Below are positions 10,839-19,990 of a stretch of DNA of 55,738 nucleotides, piece after piece. Location of the stretch: positions 1-55,738 of the forward strand of contig JBGSLA010000009.1 of NCBI GenBank assembly GCA_041740935.1, in the 5' to 3' direction. The notes below the pieces were generated by a model, which ran no database searches, had not been told where the DNA came from, and worked only from the letters and a program-made list of their open reading frames with translations. Every line of letters begins with the position of its first letter. Positions within the stretch are counted from its first letter, which is position 1. Made by a program: the position numbers and the translations under genes. The stretch comes from Desulfobaccales bacterium (GTDB lineage Bacteria > Desulfobacterota > Desulfobaccia > Desulfobaccales > 0-14-0-80-60-11).

Positions 10839-11516
10839 TTAATGGGCGTGCTCCATGGAACCGGCAAAGTACATCATGGAGAGCAGGGTGAAAATGAACG
10901 CCTGCACCGTGCTGGTGAACACCGCCAGAAACATCATGGGCAGCGGCGCCAGAAACTTCCCGGCCAGGAGCAATAAAATGGCCAGAACCAGGTCTTCACC
11001 CATGATGTTGCCGAACAGACGTAAAGTCAGGGACAGGACCCGGGCGGTGTGGCCGATGAGTTCGATGGGCAAGAACAGGGGCGCCAGCCAGGGGATGGGC
11101 CCCAGGAAGTGCTTGATATATTTGACCCCGTGGAATTTAATGCCCAAATAGTGGGTGAACACAAAGGTGCACAGGGCCAGGGACAAGGGCGTGTTGATGT
11201 TGGCCGTGGGGGAGAAAAACCCCGGCAGCAGACCAATCAAATTGCAGAGGAGAATGAACAGAAAGACGGTGGCGATGTAAGGGTAAAAGCTGCGTCCTTC
11301 TTCGCCGGTGATCTCCACCATGAACTCTTCCAGGCCGCTGATCACCAGTTCAAAGACGTTTTGGGCCCCCGCCGGCACCAGGGAGACACTGCGGCTGGCC
11401 ATGAGTCCCAGGCCCAGCAGCACCAGCATGATGAGCCAGGTATAGGTGACATGGGGCGGGATGTGGAGATTGAACGCCCCGGTCAACAGATCAAGAAACA
11501 GAATGGGATGTTCCAT
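10839..11516 (-). CDS. atpB: F0F1 ATP synthase subunit a
   Basis: 225 aa, polytopic. Conserved Arg motif ARVLSLTLRLFGNIMGED. Confidence 0.9.
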   Translation of the reverse strand: MEHPILFLDLLTGAFNLHIPPHVTYTWLIMLVLLGLGLMASRSVSLVPAGAQNVFELVISGLEEFMVEITGEEGRSFYPYIATVFLFILLCNLIGLLPGFFSPTANINTPLSLALCTFVFTHYLGIKFHGVKYIKHFLGPIPWLAPLFLPIELIGHTARVLSLTLRLFGNIMGEDLVLAILLLLAGKFLAPLPMMFLAVFTSTVQAFIFTLLSMMYFAGSMEHAH

Positions 11517-11922
11517 GTGACGGGTTGGCCTCCTTCTTTTTGAGCTTGATCATCTCGATAAAGGCAACAGCCATGAGGGTCAGGACCGTGGTGGACAGAC
11601 CCGCCACCAGCCCGAAAATATTGACCCATTCTTGACTCAGCAACAGAAACAAAACCACCAGGGCCACCCCGAAGCGCAAAAATTGGCGGGCGGCGAAAAA
11701 GGCCTTGGACGGGCCGCTCTGGCCCTCAGGCGCGGCCGCGGCCCCGGCCAGCAAACCTTTCAAATTGTGATGCAGCCAGTGAAAGTTGAGGACCATGAGC
11801 AGGCCCCCCACCAGCACCCCCAGGGCGAACTGCGGGCCCTGCCACACATAGCCCAGGACCACCAGCAACGTCAGGATGGTCCAATTCGCCAACTTCAGGG
11901 TCCGGGGAGCCAGAAAGTCCAT
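11491..11922 (-). CDS. atpI: ATP synthase protein I-like small membrane protein
   Basis: Four predicted TM helices; sits between atpZ and atpB. ATG at 11922 chosen; the longest ORF starts at TTG 12012 and would overlap atpZ. Confidence 0.6.
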   Translation of the reverse strand: MDFLAPRTLKLANWTILTLLVVLGYVWQGPQFALGVLVGGLLMVLNFHWLHHNLKGLLAGAAAAPEGQSGPSKAFFAARQFLRFGVALVVLFLLLSQEWVNIFGLVAGLSTTVLTLMAVAFIEMIKLKKKEANPSHGTSHSVS

Positions 11923-11930
11923 CCGCCCTC

Positions 11931-12176
11931 TCACTTCTCGTAGCGCTTGCCCATGATAAAGAGATTGCGGAAGCCGGCGATGATCCCCAGAATCAGGCCG
12001 ATATAAAACCAATAGGTCTTGCCGGTATATTCCGACAACAGATATCCCAGACCGCCCCCGATAATGATGGCCAAAACCAATGACAGCCCGATGGCGGAGG
12101 CCCGGTAGCCGCCGGTCATGAGCTCTTTGATGAATTTTCGGGTGTCTTCCTTCAAGGTGGTCGGGAAACTCCGCAC
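11931..12176 (-). CDS. atpZ: AtpZ/AtpI family small membrane protein
   Basis: 81 aa, two TM helices (ASAIGLSLVLAIIIGGGLGYLL, WFYIGLILGIIAGF). First gene of the atp F0 operon; GTG start. Confidence 0.6.
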   Translation of the reverse strand: MRSFPTTLKEDTRKFIKELMTGGYRASAIGLSLVLAIIIGGGLGYLLSEYTGKTYWFYIGLILGIIAGFRNLFIMGKRYEK

Positions 12177-12405
12177 AGACTAAATGATTCTTTTCACATG
12201 TGCCTAGCTATCACAGCCACCCACCCAAGTCAATCTTTTTTCCAGTTTCTGAAATAAGAAAAAATAATATCGAATTCCCTTGCTATGTCGACCTGCCAGC
12301 CAGTTCAGAGCCTGTGCTTTGCCGGCCCCCAAGACCTCAGCGGGAGAAGCTCCCGGGATTTTGTGCATTTTTTCATTAAGGCTGGAGCCGGCAGGGGGGC
12401 CCGGG

Positions 12406-14856
12406 TTATTCCCGGGAATTTCGATACACCGGCAGTTCCACCACGAAGGTGGTGCCTTCCGATCCGGTGCGCTCGATGAAAATGCGGCCCAGGTGCTTTT
12501 CGATGATGCCATAACTGATGGACAGACCGAGCCCCACGCCTTTGCCCACCCCCTTGGTGGTGAAAAAGGGGTCGAAGAGGCGGCCGCGCAGGTTTTCGGG
12601 GATGCCGGGACCGTTGTCCTGAAAGGCCAGGCGCACCAGGTTGCCTGCCGGATGCAGGGAGGTGGAGACGATGAGGCGGCCCATGCCTTCCATGGCTTCG
12701 CCGCTGTTCATCAACAGATTGATGAAGACCTGCTCCAGCCGGTTTTTATCTCCCATGACCAGGGGCAGATCGGGGGCCAGGGCCTTCACCAGGTCGATAT
12801 GTTGGAACAGGAGATGGTCCCCCACCAGGGACAGGACTTCCTCCAGGATGGTATTGATCTGCAGGGGCGTCATGCGGGAGGGCATATAGCGGGAGAACTC
12901 CAGGAGCCCCTGGACGATCTCCTTGCAGCGGGTGGCCTCCTTGACGATTTTTCCCACCTGACCCCGCTCGGGGCAGGCTTCATCCAGATCCTCCAGGAGG
13001 AGGTAGCTCAGAACCATGATGGACCCGAGGGGATTGTTCATTTCATGGGCCACGCCGGCGGCCAACTGCCCCAGGGAGGCCAGTTTGTCAGTGCGGATGA
13101 GATGCTCTTCCAGCTGTTTTTTATGAGTGATATTACGGATATGGGTCTGGCTGGCCGGCTTGCCGCCATAGGTGGTGGGAAAGGAGATGACCTCCAGGTC
13201 AAAGGTGCCGCCGTTCCGGCGCATCCCCTTCATTTCAAAGACCCGGGGGCGGGAAGCCCCCCGCAGCAGCGCCGCCAGCCGCCGGGGCGCGGCTTGCTGG
13301 AAGGGAAACTGGATGAGGGCCTGCAAGTCCTGTCCCAACATATCATCGGCCTGATCATAGCCGAACATTTCCAAACCGGCCTGGTTGACATAGAGCAGCT
13401 TCAGGTCCCGATGCAGCACGATGCCGTCCAGGGAGGCCTCCACCAGGGTGCGGAATTTCTCCTCGGACGTTCTGAGTTCCTGGCCCAACTGTTCCCGTTC
13501 GGTGACATCCACAATGGCCTGCACGGCCCCCTGAATCTGGCCCTCCTCGTCGTAAATGGGCGAACAGGTATTGAAGAAATAGCGCTCCGAGCCCTGAAAA
13601 TCGGGGAAATATTCGTAGGCTTCGAAGGCCACCGGCAGGTCCGGAGAGCGCTTCAGGTTCTTGGCCCCGAAGAAGGTTTCCAGGGCCTTGAAGTTTTGCT
13701 CCACCACCAGGGAGGCCATGGAAGGGCCTTCGTGGGAGTAAAACGGCAGCCAGTAGCGGTAGCTGCCCACCATTTCTTCCCGGCTGTGGCCGGTGAGTTT
13801 TTCGCAGGCCCGGTTCCAGTAAAGGATGCGGTGGTTCCGGTCAATGACAAAGGTGGGTATGGGCAGCCCTTCCAGGATGCCTTCGGTGGTCTTTTTCTCC
13901 CGGAGGATCTGCTGTTGCCGGCGCTTGCGCTCGGTGATGTCCTTGACGATGCCCTCGTAGCCGCCGATGCGCCTCTCCCGATCCCGGCGCACCACTGCGG
14001 TGAGCAGCACGGGGACCTGGCCGCCGTCTTGCTGTTTGAGGACCACCTCCAGGTCCCGGGCAAAGCCCTCCTGGGCCATGCGGGTCTGAAAGACCTCCCA
14101 ATCCCAGGGGTTCTGGAACACTTCCCGAATATTGGGAAGAAAAGCGCCCCGTTTCCCCGGCGGCATACCCAACAGGGCCAACCCGGCGGGGTTCAGGTCC
14201 AGGATTTGGCCGCTGGCGTCGGTGACGAAAATCATGTCCAGGGAGCCCTCAAAGATGCGGCGGTAGCGACGTTCGGAGCGACGGAGATGGTGATACAGGC
14301 GGGCGTTGGCGATGGCCAGACCGATCTGGTTGCCTAAGATGGTGTAGAAGTAGGTCTTATAGGGATTAAAAACCGCGGGGTCGGTGGCCGCCAGATTCAA
14401 AAAACCATTCACTTCCTCCCGGTATTTCAGGGGAATGCTCACCACGGCCCGGAAGCGGGGGTCATGGCGGATGGTTTCCGAAAAGGTGGAGGTGGCCAGC
14501 CGCTGATCCGACCGGATGTCCGAGATAATCAAGGGCTGGGTGGCCCGGGAGAGATAGGGGCCGATGATTTTTTCCAACTCCCCGGCGCCGGTGCGGTCCA
14601 CATAGTCCACCTGAAAGCCCCGGGCCGCCACCGAGGTCAGACGCTGATGGTCGTGATCCCACAGGAGCAGGAGCCCGGCTTCAATCCGAAAAAACTCCAG
14701 GACCTTATCCAGGGCCAGATCGGCAATCTCCTGAAGATCCAGGGTGTGCGCCGTGATGGTGGCGATCTCGTTGAACAGGAAAATCTCCCGGCAATGTTCC
14801 GGGATGATGGTCTCTTCCTGGTGGTTGACGGGTGGATGGGCCGCCGCTTTGGACAT
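12406..14856 (-). CDS. sensor histidine kinase with GAF and multiple PAS domains
   Basis: 816 aa. H-box AAGVAHEMNNPLGSI, HATPase N/G boxes (LLMNSGEAM, DNGPGI, GVGKGVGLGLSISY), an N-terminal GAF-like segment and 2-3 PAS-like segments. No TM helix is obvious. Confidence 0.9.
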   Translation of the reverse strand: MSKAAAHPPVNHQEETIIPEHCREIFLFNEIATITAHTLDLQEIADLALDKVLEFFRIEAGLLLLWDHDHQRLTSVAARGFQVDYVDRTGAGELEKIIGPYLSRATQPLIISDIRSDQRLATSTFSETIRHDPRFRAVVSIPLKYREEVNGFLNLAATDPAVFNPYKTYFYTILGNQIGLAIANARLYHHLRRSERRYRRIFEGSLDMIFVTDASGQILDLNPAGLALLGMPPGKRGAFLPNIREVFQNPWDWEVFQTRMAQEGFARDLEVVLKQQDGGQVPVLLTAVVRRDRERRIGGYEGIVKDITERKRRQQQILREKKTTEGILEGLPIPTFVIDRNHRILYWNRACEKLTGHSREEMVGSYRYWLPFYSHEGPSMASLVVEQNFKALETFFGAKNLKRSPDLPVAFEAYEYFPDFQGSERYFFNTCSPIYDEEGQIQGAVQAIVDVTEREQLGQELRTSEEKFRTLVEASLDGIVLHRDLKLLYVNQAGLEMFGYDQADDMLGQDLQALIQFPFQQAAPRRLAALLRGASRPRVFEMKGMRRNGGTFDLEVISFPTTYGGKPASQTHIRNITHKKQLEEHLIRTDKLASLGQLAAGVAHEMNNPLGSIMVLSYLLLEDLDEACPERGQVGKIVKEATRCKEIVQGLLEFSRYMPSRMTPLQINTILEEVLSLVGDHLLFQHIDLVKALAPDLPLVMGDKNRLEQVFINLLMNSGEAMEGMGRLIVSTSLHPAGNLVRLAFQDNGPGIPENLRGRLFDPFFTTKGVGKGVGLGLSISYGIIEKHLGRIFIERTGSEGTTFVVELPVYRNSRE

Positions 14857-14978
14857 GGGGGCCTCCTTCGCGGGCGAAAGGCCGCGGGTTGATATTCCAC
14901 TACTCAGGAATTATTGGCAGAGGCTTTCCACCATCATCATACCAGACTTGCAGCCGGAAACAAAACGGCGGGGGCGCC

Positions 14979-15581
14979 TCAGAAACCGAAGCGGTCGGCC
15001 AGGCGGGGCCACAAGCGGGAGGTGCGGCAGCGGCCGGCCAGGACGATGGCCTGAAGCTGCGCCAGGGCTTCTTCCAGATGGTCGTTGACCACCAAAAAGT
15101 CGTACCAGTGGGCTTCCCCCACCTCAGCCCGGCCCTGGGCCAGCCGGCGGGCCAGTTCCTCGGGAGCCATTTCTCCCCGATTTCGCAGCCGCTCTTCCAG
15201 AATTTCCAGACTGGGAGGCAACACAAAAATAAAGGTGGCCAGGGGAAAGGTTTTTTTCAGGGCCTTGGCCCCCCGGACGTCGAGGTCGAAGACCACCCCG
15301 AAACCCTCCGCCAGGCTTTGGGATACATGGTCCCGGGAAGTGCCGTAAAAATGGCCGAACTGCTCCACCCACTCCACAAGGCCGCCCCGGTCCCGGATTT
15401 CTAAAAACTCCCCGGGGGTGACGAAAAAGTACTCCCGCCCGTGGACTTCCTGGGAACGGGGCGCCCGGGTGGTGTAGGAGATGGAAAAACGCAAACCGGG
15501 GATGGCAGTCAACAACCGCTTCAGGAGGGTGGTCTTCCCAGCGCCGGAGGGCGCACTGACGATATAAATCTCCCCGGTCAC
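14979..15581 (-). CDS. gmk: guanylate kinase
   Basis: IYIVSAPSGAGKTTLLKRLL, SISYTTRAPRSQEVHGREYFFV. Confidence 0.92.
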   Translation of the reverse strand: MTGEIYIVSAPSGAGKTTLLKRLLTAIPGLRFSISYTTRAPRSQEVHGREYFFVTPGEFLEIRDRGGLVEWVEQFGHFYGTSRDHVSQSLAEGFGVVFDLDVRGAKALKKTFPLATFIFVLPPSLEILEERLRNRGEMAPEELARRLAQGRAEVGEAHWYDFLVVNDHLEEALAQLQAIVLAGRCRTSRLWPRLADRFGF

Positions 15582-15863
15582 CTAAATCTCTTTGAGGTCC
15601 GCTTCGGTGCGGGGAGGCCCGTGGTTGCCCCCCATGCGTTGGGAAAGGGTGTCGGCGTGAACCGCAGACAGGATGATGTGGTTGCTGTCGGTGACAATAA
15701 TGGAACGGGTTTTGCGCCCATGGGTGGCGTCCACCAGACGTTGGGTCTGGCGGGCCTCTTCCCGCAACCGCTTGCTGGGCGCCGACTGGGGCATGATGAC
15801 CGCCACCACCCGGCCGCTGACCACGGTGTTGCCAAAGCCGATATTGATTAAGCGTCCGTCCAT
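15582..15863 (-). CDS. remA: RemA/DUF370 family regulator
   Basis: [29 protein letters not shown]...[23 protein letters not shown]. Confidence 0.85.
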   Translation of the reverse strand: MDGRLINIGFGNTVVSGRVVAVIMPQSAPSKRLREEARQTQRLVDATHGRKTRSIIVTDSNHIILSAVHADTLSQRMGGNHGPPRTEADLKEI

Positions 15864-15880
15864 GCGTCCCTCTGAAACCT

Positions 15881-16765
15881 TTACTCGATGTTTTGCACCT
15901 GTTCCCGGAGGCGCTCCAAGAGACCTTTGATGGCCACCACGGCCTGGGAAATGTCCAGGTCGCCGGCCTTAACCCCGATGGTGTTGGTCTCCCGCAGCAT
16001 CTCCTGGAGGAGAAAATCCAGCTTGCGGCCCACCGGGGAGGGACCGGCCAAGGCCGCCTGAAATTGGGCCACATGGCTGTCCAGGCGGATCAGTTCCTCC
16101 CGGATGTCCCGGCGCTCGGCCAGAAAGGCCACCTCCTGGGCCAAACGCCATTCATCCACAGGGGCGGTCTCATCCAGGAGCTCCTCCAGACGGGCCTTCA
16201 GTCGTTCCTGCCAGAGGCCGGGGGACAGGTCAGCCTGACTCTGGATAAGATGAATGTTGTGGATTACTTGTTCCAGGTGATTCAGGGTTTCCTCGGCCAG
16301 GGCGGCCCCTTCATTGCCGCGCATGATTTCCAGGGAATCCAGGGCCTGGGCCAGGGCATGAGAGACAACCTCCCAGATCTCTTCCACGTCCTGGGCCTGC
16401 CGCTCCTTGGCGACGATAAGATCGGCGAACTGGAGCAGATGGCTCAGGCGCACCGGCTCCGGCTCCGGCAGGCTGTCGGCCAGGTCCGTCAGCAGCCGGG
16501 TCAGCTCCGCGGTCATGGCGGAGTCCAGGCTCACCGCGGGCGGCCGCTCGGTGCGGCCCTCCCAGTTCAATTGGATATCCACCCGCCCCCGGGCCAGGCG
16601 GCTCTTGATGACCGCGCGCATGCGGTCTTCCAGGGCCCACAGGTGCCGGGGCAGGTTCGGAGAGACCTCCAGAAAGCGGTGATTGACGCTTTTTAATTCC
16701 ACCACCCACTTGAGGCCCTGGGCTTCCACTTCCCCCCGGCCGTAGCCGGTCATGCTCTTGATCAT
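15881..16765 (-). CDS. yicC: YicC family stress-induced protein
   Basis: [12 protein letters not shown]...[12 protein letters not shown]; C-terminal DUF1732-like [13 protein letters not shown]. Confidence 0.88.
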   Translation of the reverse strand: MIKSMTGYGRGEVEAQGLKWVVELKSVNHRFLEVSPNLPRHLWALEDRMRAVIKSRLARGRVDIQLNWEGRTERPPAVSLDSAMTAELTRLLTDLADSLPEPEPVRLSHLLQFADLIVAKERQAQDVEEIWEVVSHALAQALDSLEIMRGNEGAALAEETLNHLEQVIHNIHLIQSQADLSPGLWQERLKARLEELLDETAPVDEWRLAQEVAFLAERRDIREELIRLDSHVAQFQAALAGPSPVGRKLDFLLQEMLRETNTIGVKAGDLDISQAVVAIKGLLERLREQVQNIE

Positions 16766-17298
16766 GGATTGGCCAGCTGTTTAAGTTGCCACAGATACTT
16801 CCGGCGCACCGCGAATAGAAGCTCCGGCAAAGGCCCCGCGGCGTAATCGGGGTAGCTCCAGGACAGGGTCTGAAACCCGCCCGCCCCGGCTAGCAGGGTC
16901 AGGTCCCCGTAAATTCCCCGGCCCAGGTAGAGGCGGTGGGCGTAATTCTTGCCGGTGGCCAACACCAGCCGCTCTTTCGCCACATAGCCGGGATCGATGT
17001 TGACCAGGCGGCGGCCGCCCATCGAAAATCGCTGTTCCACGGCATTGGTGAAGATTTTGCCATCGGCCAGGTGGGCCGGTCCGGCCAGGTGCAGGAAGGC
17101 AGCCAAACAGCGCCACAACTCGCCGCCCATTTCCCGGGCGTAATACTCCGTGGCGGTGAAGGGCCACAACGGGCCCGCCAGGTCCACCGGGCCATAATAT
17201 GCCGTCAACCTTCTCAGCACCGGCGCGGCCAAATCTTTCCGGGCCAGGATCAGACTCGCCACGGGCTTCACCGCCAGGGGCATTGCCGGAGTGCTCAT
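16762..17298 (-). CDS. DUF4416-like protein
   Basis: NIDPGYV...RLVLATGKNYAHRLYLGRGIYGDLTL pattern, recalled as DUF4416. ATG 17298 has GAGG 5 nt upstream; the longest ORF reaches TTG 17349. Its stop overlaps the yicC start. Confidence 0.5.
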   Translation of the reverse strand: MSTPAMPLAVKPVASLILARKDLAAPVLRRLTAYYGPVDLAGPLWPFTATEYYAREMGGELWRCLAAFLHLAGPAHLADGKIFTNAVEQRFSMGGRRLVNIDPGYVAKERLVLATGKNYAHRLYLGRGIYGDLTLLAGAGGFQTLSWSYPDYAAGPLPELLFAVRRKYLWQLKQLANP

Positions 17299-17689
17299 CG
17301 CCGCCTCTGATAAGGCTTGTATCATAGGGGAGGCGGCCCCAGATTGCAAGGAAATATCATGTGAAAATAAGCACAGTTAGAGGTCTGTTCCCGTCTAGAA
17401 GGTATGAGGCACGGCATTGTTTCAAAAAACTGGACAAGATATGATAGGGTTCCAAGTAGTTAGAAGAAAAACCGGCATGATTCTCCTCCCTCTTTCCCGG
17501 ACTTCGGCCCTTGCTTCCGCGAGTCGGAGAAGATATTCTGTTACCGAAGGGCTAGTCTTGGCAGGGGCGCCCAAGCGCCAAAAATCTGGGAAACCGTTGT
17601 GACTTTTCCCTGAAAAGAGTAGTTATACCAACTTGTTATTGAGATTCAACAAACTAAACGGCTAACAATCTAATTTTTCTAATTATTTT

Positions 17690-17717
17690 TACCGAAAACG
17701 GAAAACGGAAAACGGTA
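17690..17717. repeat. short tandem gaaaacg x3 within taccg...cggta, upstream of queE
   Basis: taccgaaaacggaaaacggaaaacggta. A related inverted copy lies at 21880-21920. Confidence 0.6.
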
Positions 17718-17729
17718 TTACTTCGGCCT

Positions 17730-18371
17730 ATGCATCTTCAAGTGTGCGAAACCTTTACCAGTATTTTGGGAGAAGGCACCCTGGCGGGTCTGCCGGCCTT
17801 TTTTGTTCGGCTGACGGGCTGCAACCTGCGCTGCCGCTACTGCGACACCGTCTATGCCTATGAAGGGGGCGAGGTCAGGTCGGTGGAGTCTCTGGTCGCT
17901 GAGGCCCGGCGGGCCGCGGTTGGGCGGGCGCTGGTCACCGGGGGTGAGCCCCTGCTTCAGGAAGGTGCGGCGGCTCTCATGGATGACCTGATCCAGGCGG
18001 GGCTGGAGGTGCTCCTCGAGACCAACGGTTCATTGCCGATTCAGGGGGTGGATTCCCGGGTTCGGCGCAGTGTGGATCTGAAATGTCCGGGAAGCGGCAT
18101 GAGCGGCCACAATTATTGGGCCAATCTGGACATCCTGACTCCCCGGGACGAGGTCAAGTTTGTGGTCGGTGATCAGGACGATTTTGTCTGGGCGATGGAG
18201 GTGGTCAGGCGCCGGGGGCTGACCGACCGCCTGCCGGTGCTCATTTCTCCGGCCTTCGGGGTGGCCTCCCCGGCGGAGGTGGCCGCCTGGATCATCGGGA
18301 GCGGACTGCCCCTGCGCCTCAACCTGCAGCTGCACAAATACATCTGGGGTCCGGAGGTCCGGGGCGTATGA
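17730..18371 (+). CDS. queE: 7-carboxy-7-deazaguanine synthase (radical SAM)
   Basis: FVRLTGCNLRCRYCDT cluster motif; 213 aa; adjacent to queC. Confidence 0.88.
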   Translation: MHLQVCETFTSILGEGTLAGLPAFFVRLTGCNLRCRYCDTVYAYEGGEVRSVESLVAEARRAAVGRALVTGGEPLLQEGAAALMDDLIQAGLEVLLETNGSLPIQGVDSRVRRSVDLKCPGSGMSGHNYWANLDILTPRDEVKFVVGDQDDFVWAMEVVRRRGLTDRLPVLISPAFGVASPAEVAAWIIGSGLPLRLNLQLHKYIWGPEVRGV

Positions 18372-19054
18372 CCGCCAAACCTTTGGCCGTGATCCTGGCC
18401 AGCGGCGGCCCGGACAGTTGCGTGGCCGCGGCGCTGGCCCGGCGGGAATATGACCTGGCTTTCTGCCACGCCAATTACGGCCAGCGCACCGTGGCCCGGG
18501 AGCTCAAGGCCTTTCGGGAGCAAGCCGTCTTTTTCGGGGTGGACCTGACCCTGGAGGCGGACCTGTCTTTTTTAGGGCAGATCGGGGGCTCCAGCCTCAC
18601 GGACACCCACCTGGGCGTGCCCACCCCCGCCGGGGAAGGCCCCGGCATCCCCTCCACCTATGTGCCCTTCCGCAATTCCCTGCTGTTGGCCGTGGCGGTG
18701 GCCTGGGCCGAGGTGCTGGGCGCGGCGGCCGTGTTCCTGGGGGCCAACATCCTGGACAACCCCGGCTATCCGGACTGCCGCCCGGCGTATTTCGAGGCCT
18801 TCAACCGGGTCATCGCCCTCGGCACCCGGCCGGAAACCCATATCGACATCAAGACTCCGATCATTCACCTGGACAAGGCCGGCATCGTGCGTCTGGGCCT
18901 CGAGCTGGGGGTCCCGTTCGAGCTCACCTGGTCATGCTACGTCAACGATGATCAGGCCTGCGGGCGCTGTTCTTCCTGCGTCCTGCGCCTCAAAGGCTTT
19001 GCCGCGGCCGGGGCCGTGGATCCCATCCCCTATCGGACGGGCACACCCGACTGA
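18368..19054 (+). CDS. queC: 7-cyano-7-deazaguanine synthase
   Basis: AVILASGGPDSCV PP-loop and C-terminal Cys cluster CGRCSSCVLR. Its start overlaps the queE stop. Confidence 0.9.
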   Translation: MTAKPLAVILASGGPDSCVAAALARREYDLAFCHANYGQRTVARELKAFREQAVFFGVDLTLEADLSFLGQIGGSSLTDTHLGVPTPAGEGPGIPSTYVPFRNSLLLAVAVAWAEVLGAAAVFLGANILDNPGYPDCRPAYFEAFNRVIALGTRPETHIDIKTPIIHLDKAGIVRLGLELGVPFELTWSCYVNDDQACGRCSSCVLRLKGFAAAGAVDPIPYRTGTPD

Positions 19055-19153
19055 TCAGGGCCCAGGGGGCGGGTCAGGGCACAGGCGACCCCGGGGGGTG
19101 TCCGGGGCGCGGCTTCGGGGCGGCGATGAGACTGGATCGGCAGAGGGAAAGGC

Positions 19154-19582
19154 CTAGTTCTTCTCCCGGGTGCGGGGCTGACGCTTCACGGAAGGTTTGG
19201 CCGCCTGGCTGCGGCGCACCAGGGCCAGAATCTCCCATTCGGCAAAGGGGGCCAACAGGCAGGCATAGATTCCCAGATCCATGGCCTCCTTGACCAGGTC
19301 CCGATGTTCCCGGTGATTTTTATGACAAAGCAGGACCAGGCGGCAGCCGGGACAGGCCACCTTGATCTTGGCGTAAAGGCCCGGGCCGTAGGTGCTCACC
19401 GTCTGACAATCAACAAATACCGTGGCCTTTTCGTGCCCTTTGAGGGTTTGCACGATCTCGCCGGGATGCCCGACAACATGGGGAGCATACTTATGGGTTT
19501 CCAGGAATTTCGCCAGGAAATCCCGGGTCGGGCCGTCGGCCACCAAAAGCACCAGAGCAGGATATGAAAAAGGACGTGGCAT
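19154..19582 (-). CDS. CheY-like receiver-domain protein, probably degenerate
   Basis: VLLVADG...VFVDC...LLCH... has the beta-alpha periodicity of a receiver. ATG 19582 has GAGG 4 nt upstream; the longest ORF starts at 19636. Confidence 0.45.
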   Translation of the reverse strand: MPRPFSYPALVLLVADGPTRDFLAKFLETHKYAPHVVGHPGEIVQTLKGHEKATVFVDCQTVSTYGPGLYAKIKVACPGCRLVLLCHKNHREHRDLVKEAMDLGIYACLLAPFAEWEILALVRRSQAAKPSVKRQPRTREKN

Positions 19583-19687
19583 TCTGCCTCGTATCGCTTG
19601 TGGGCAATGATCGCCCCCCAAAAAGGCGGAGGCCATCGCACCAGGAGATCAGACAGGTCAGGGCTGTCTGACCATGCCGGGGGAGAG

Positions 19688-19718
19688 AAAAAAAACCCCA
19701 CGCCGGCATGACGTGGGG
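19688..19718 (-). terminator. rho-independent terminator (minus strand)
   Basis: Minus strand reads ccccacg-tcatgccgg-cgtgggg followed by T8. Confidence 0.6.
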
Positions 19719-19990
19719 CCTTCTAAGAAAATGCCGTGCTCCTGGAAATGCCTGAAGATTTTCCCCAGGAAAGGTGCAAAGACTGAGCCAACTAAATGTG
19801 TGAGGAAATGGACAACATACCACTTCCCGGCAGCGGCAATTTGTCTTAAATTCGACCTTAATGGGTTGTCACATATATAATAACCAGTTTTGGTTATTGT
19901 CTGATTATCGACCCATTGTGTCTATATCGGACAAATTTTCCGTCAAAAAACCGGAAGGCCAGAAAAGAAGTACAAAAAAGCAGACAATCC

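Noticed and set aside
12280-14337. 685-aa plus-strand ORF, and similar long ORFs at 3212-4330, 4340-6067, 23163-24923, 25259-26653, 34650-35831, 36256-37221, 42260-43510 and 50694-52688
   Set aside because: Each lies antisense to, or out of frame with, a gene that has clear family motifs. The translations are low-complexity Gly/Ala/Pro/Arg/His-rich, typical of stop-codon depletion in high-GC DNA.
17600-17729. preQ1 riboswitch upstream of queE-queC
   Set aside because: Only a loose acaaactaaa stretch is present. I could not find the short P1 hairpin with the conserved C-rich loop followed by the A-rich tail. An Rfam scan (RF00522, RF01054) would be needed.
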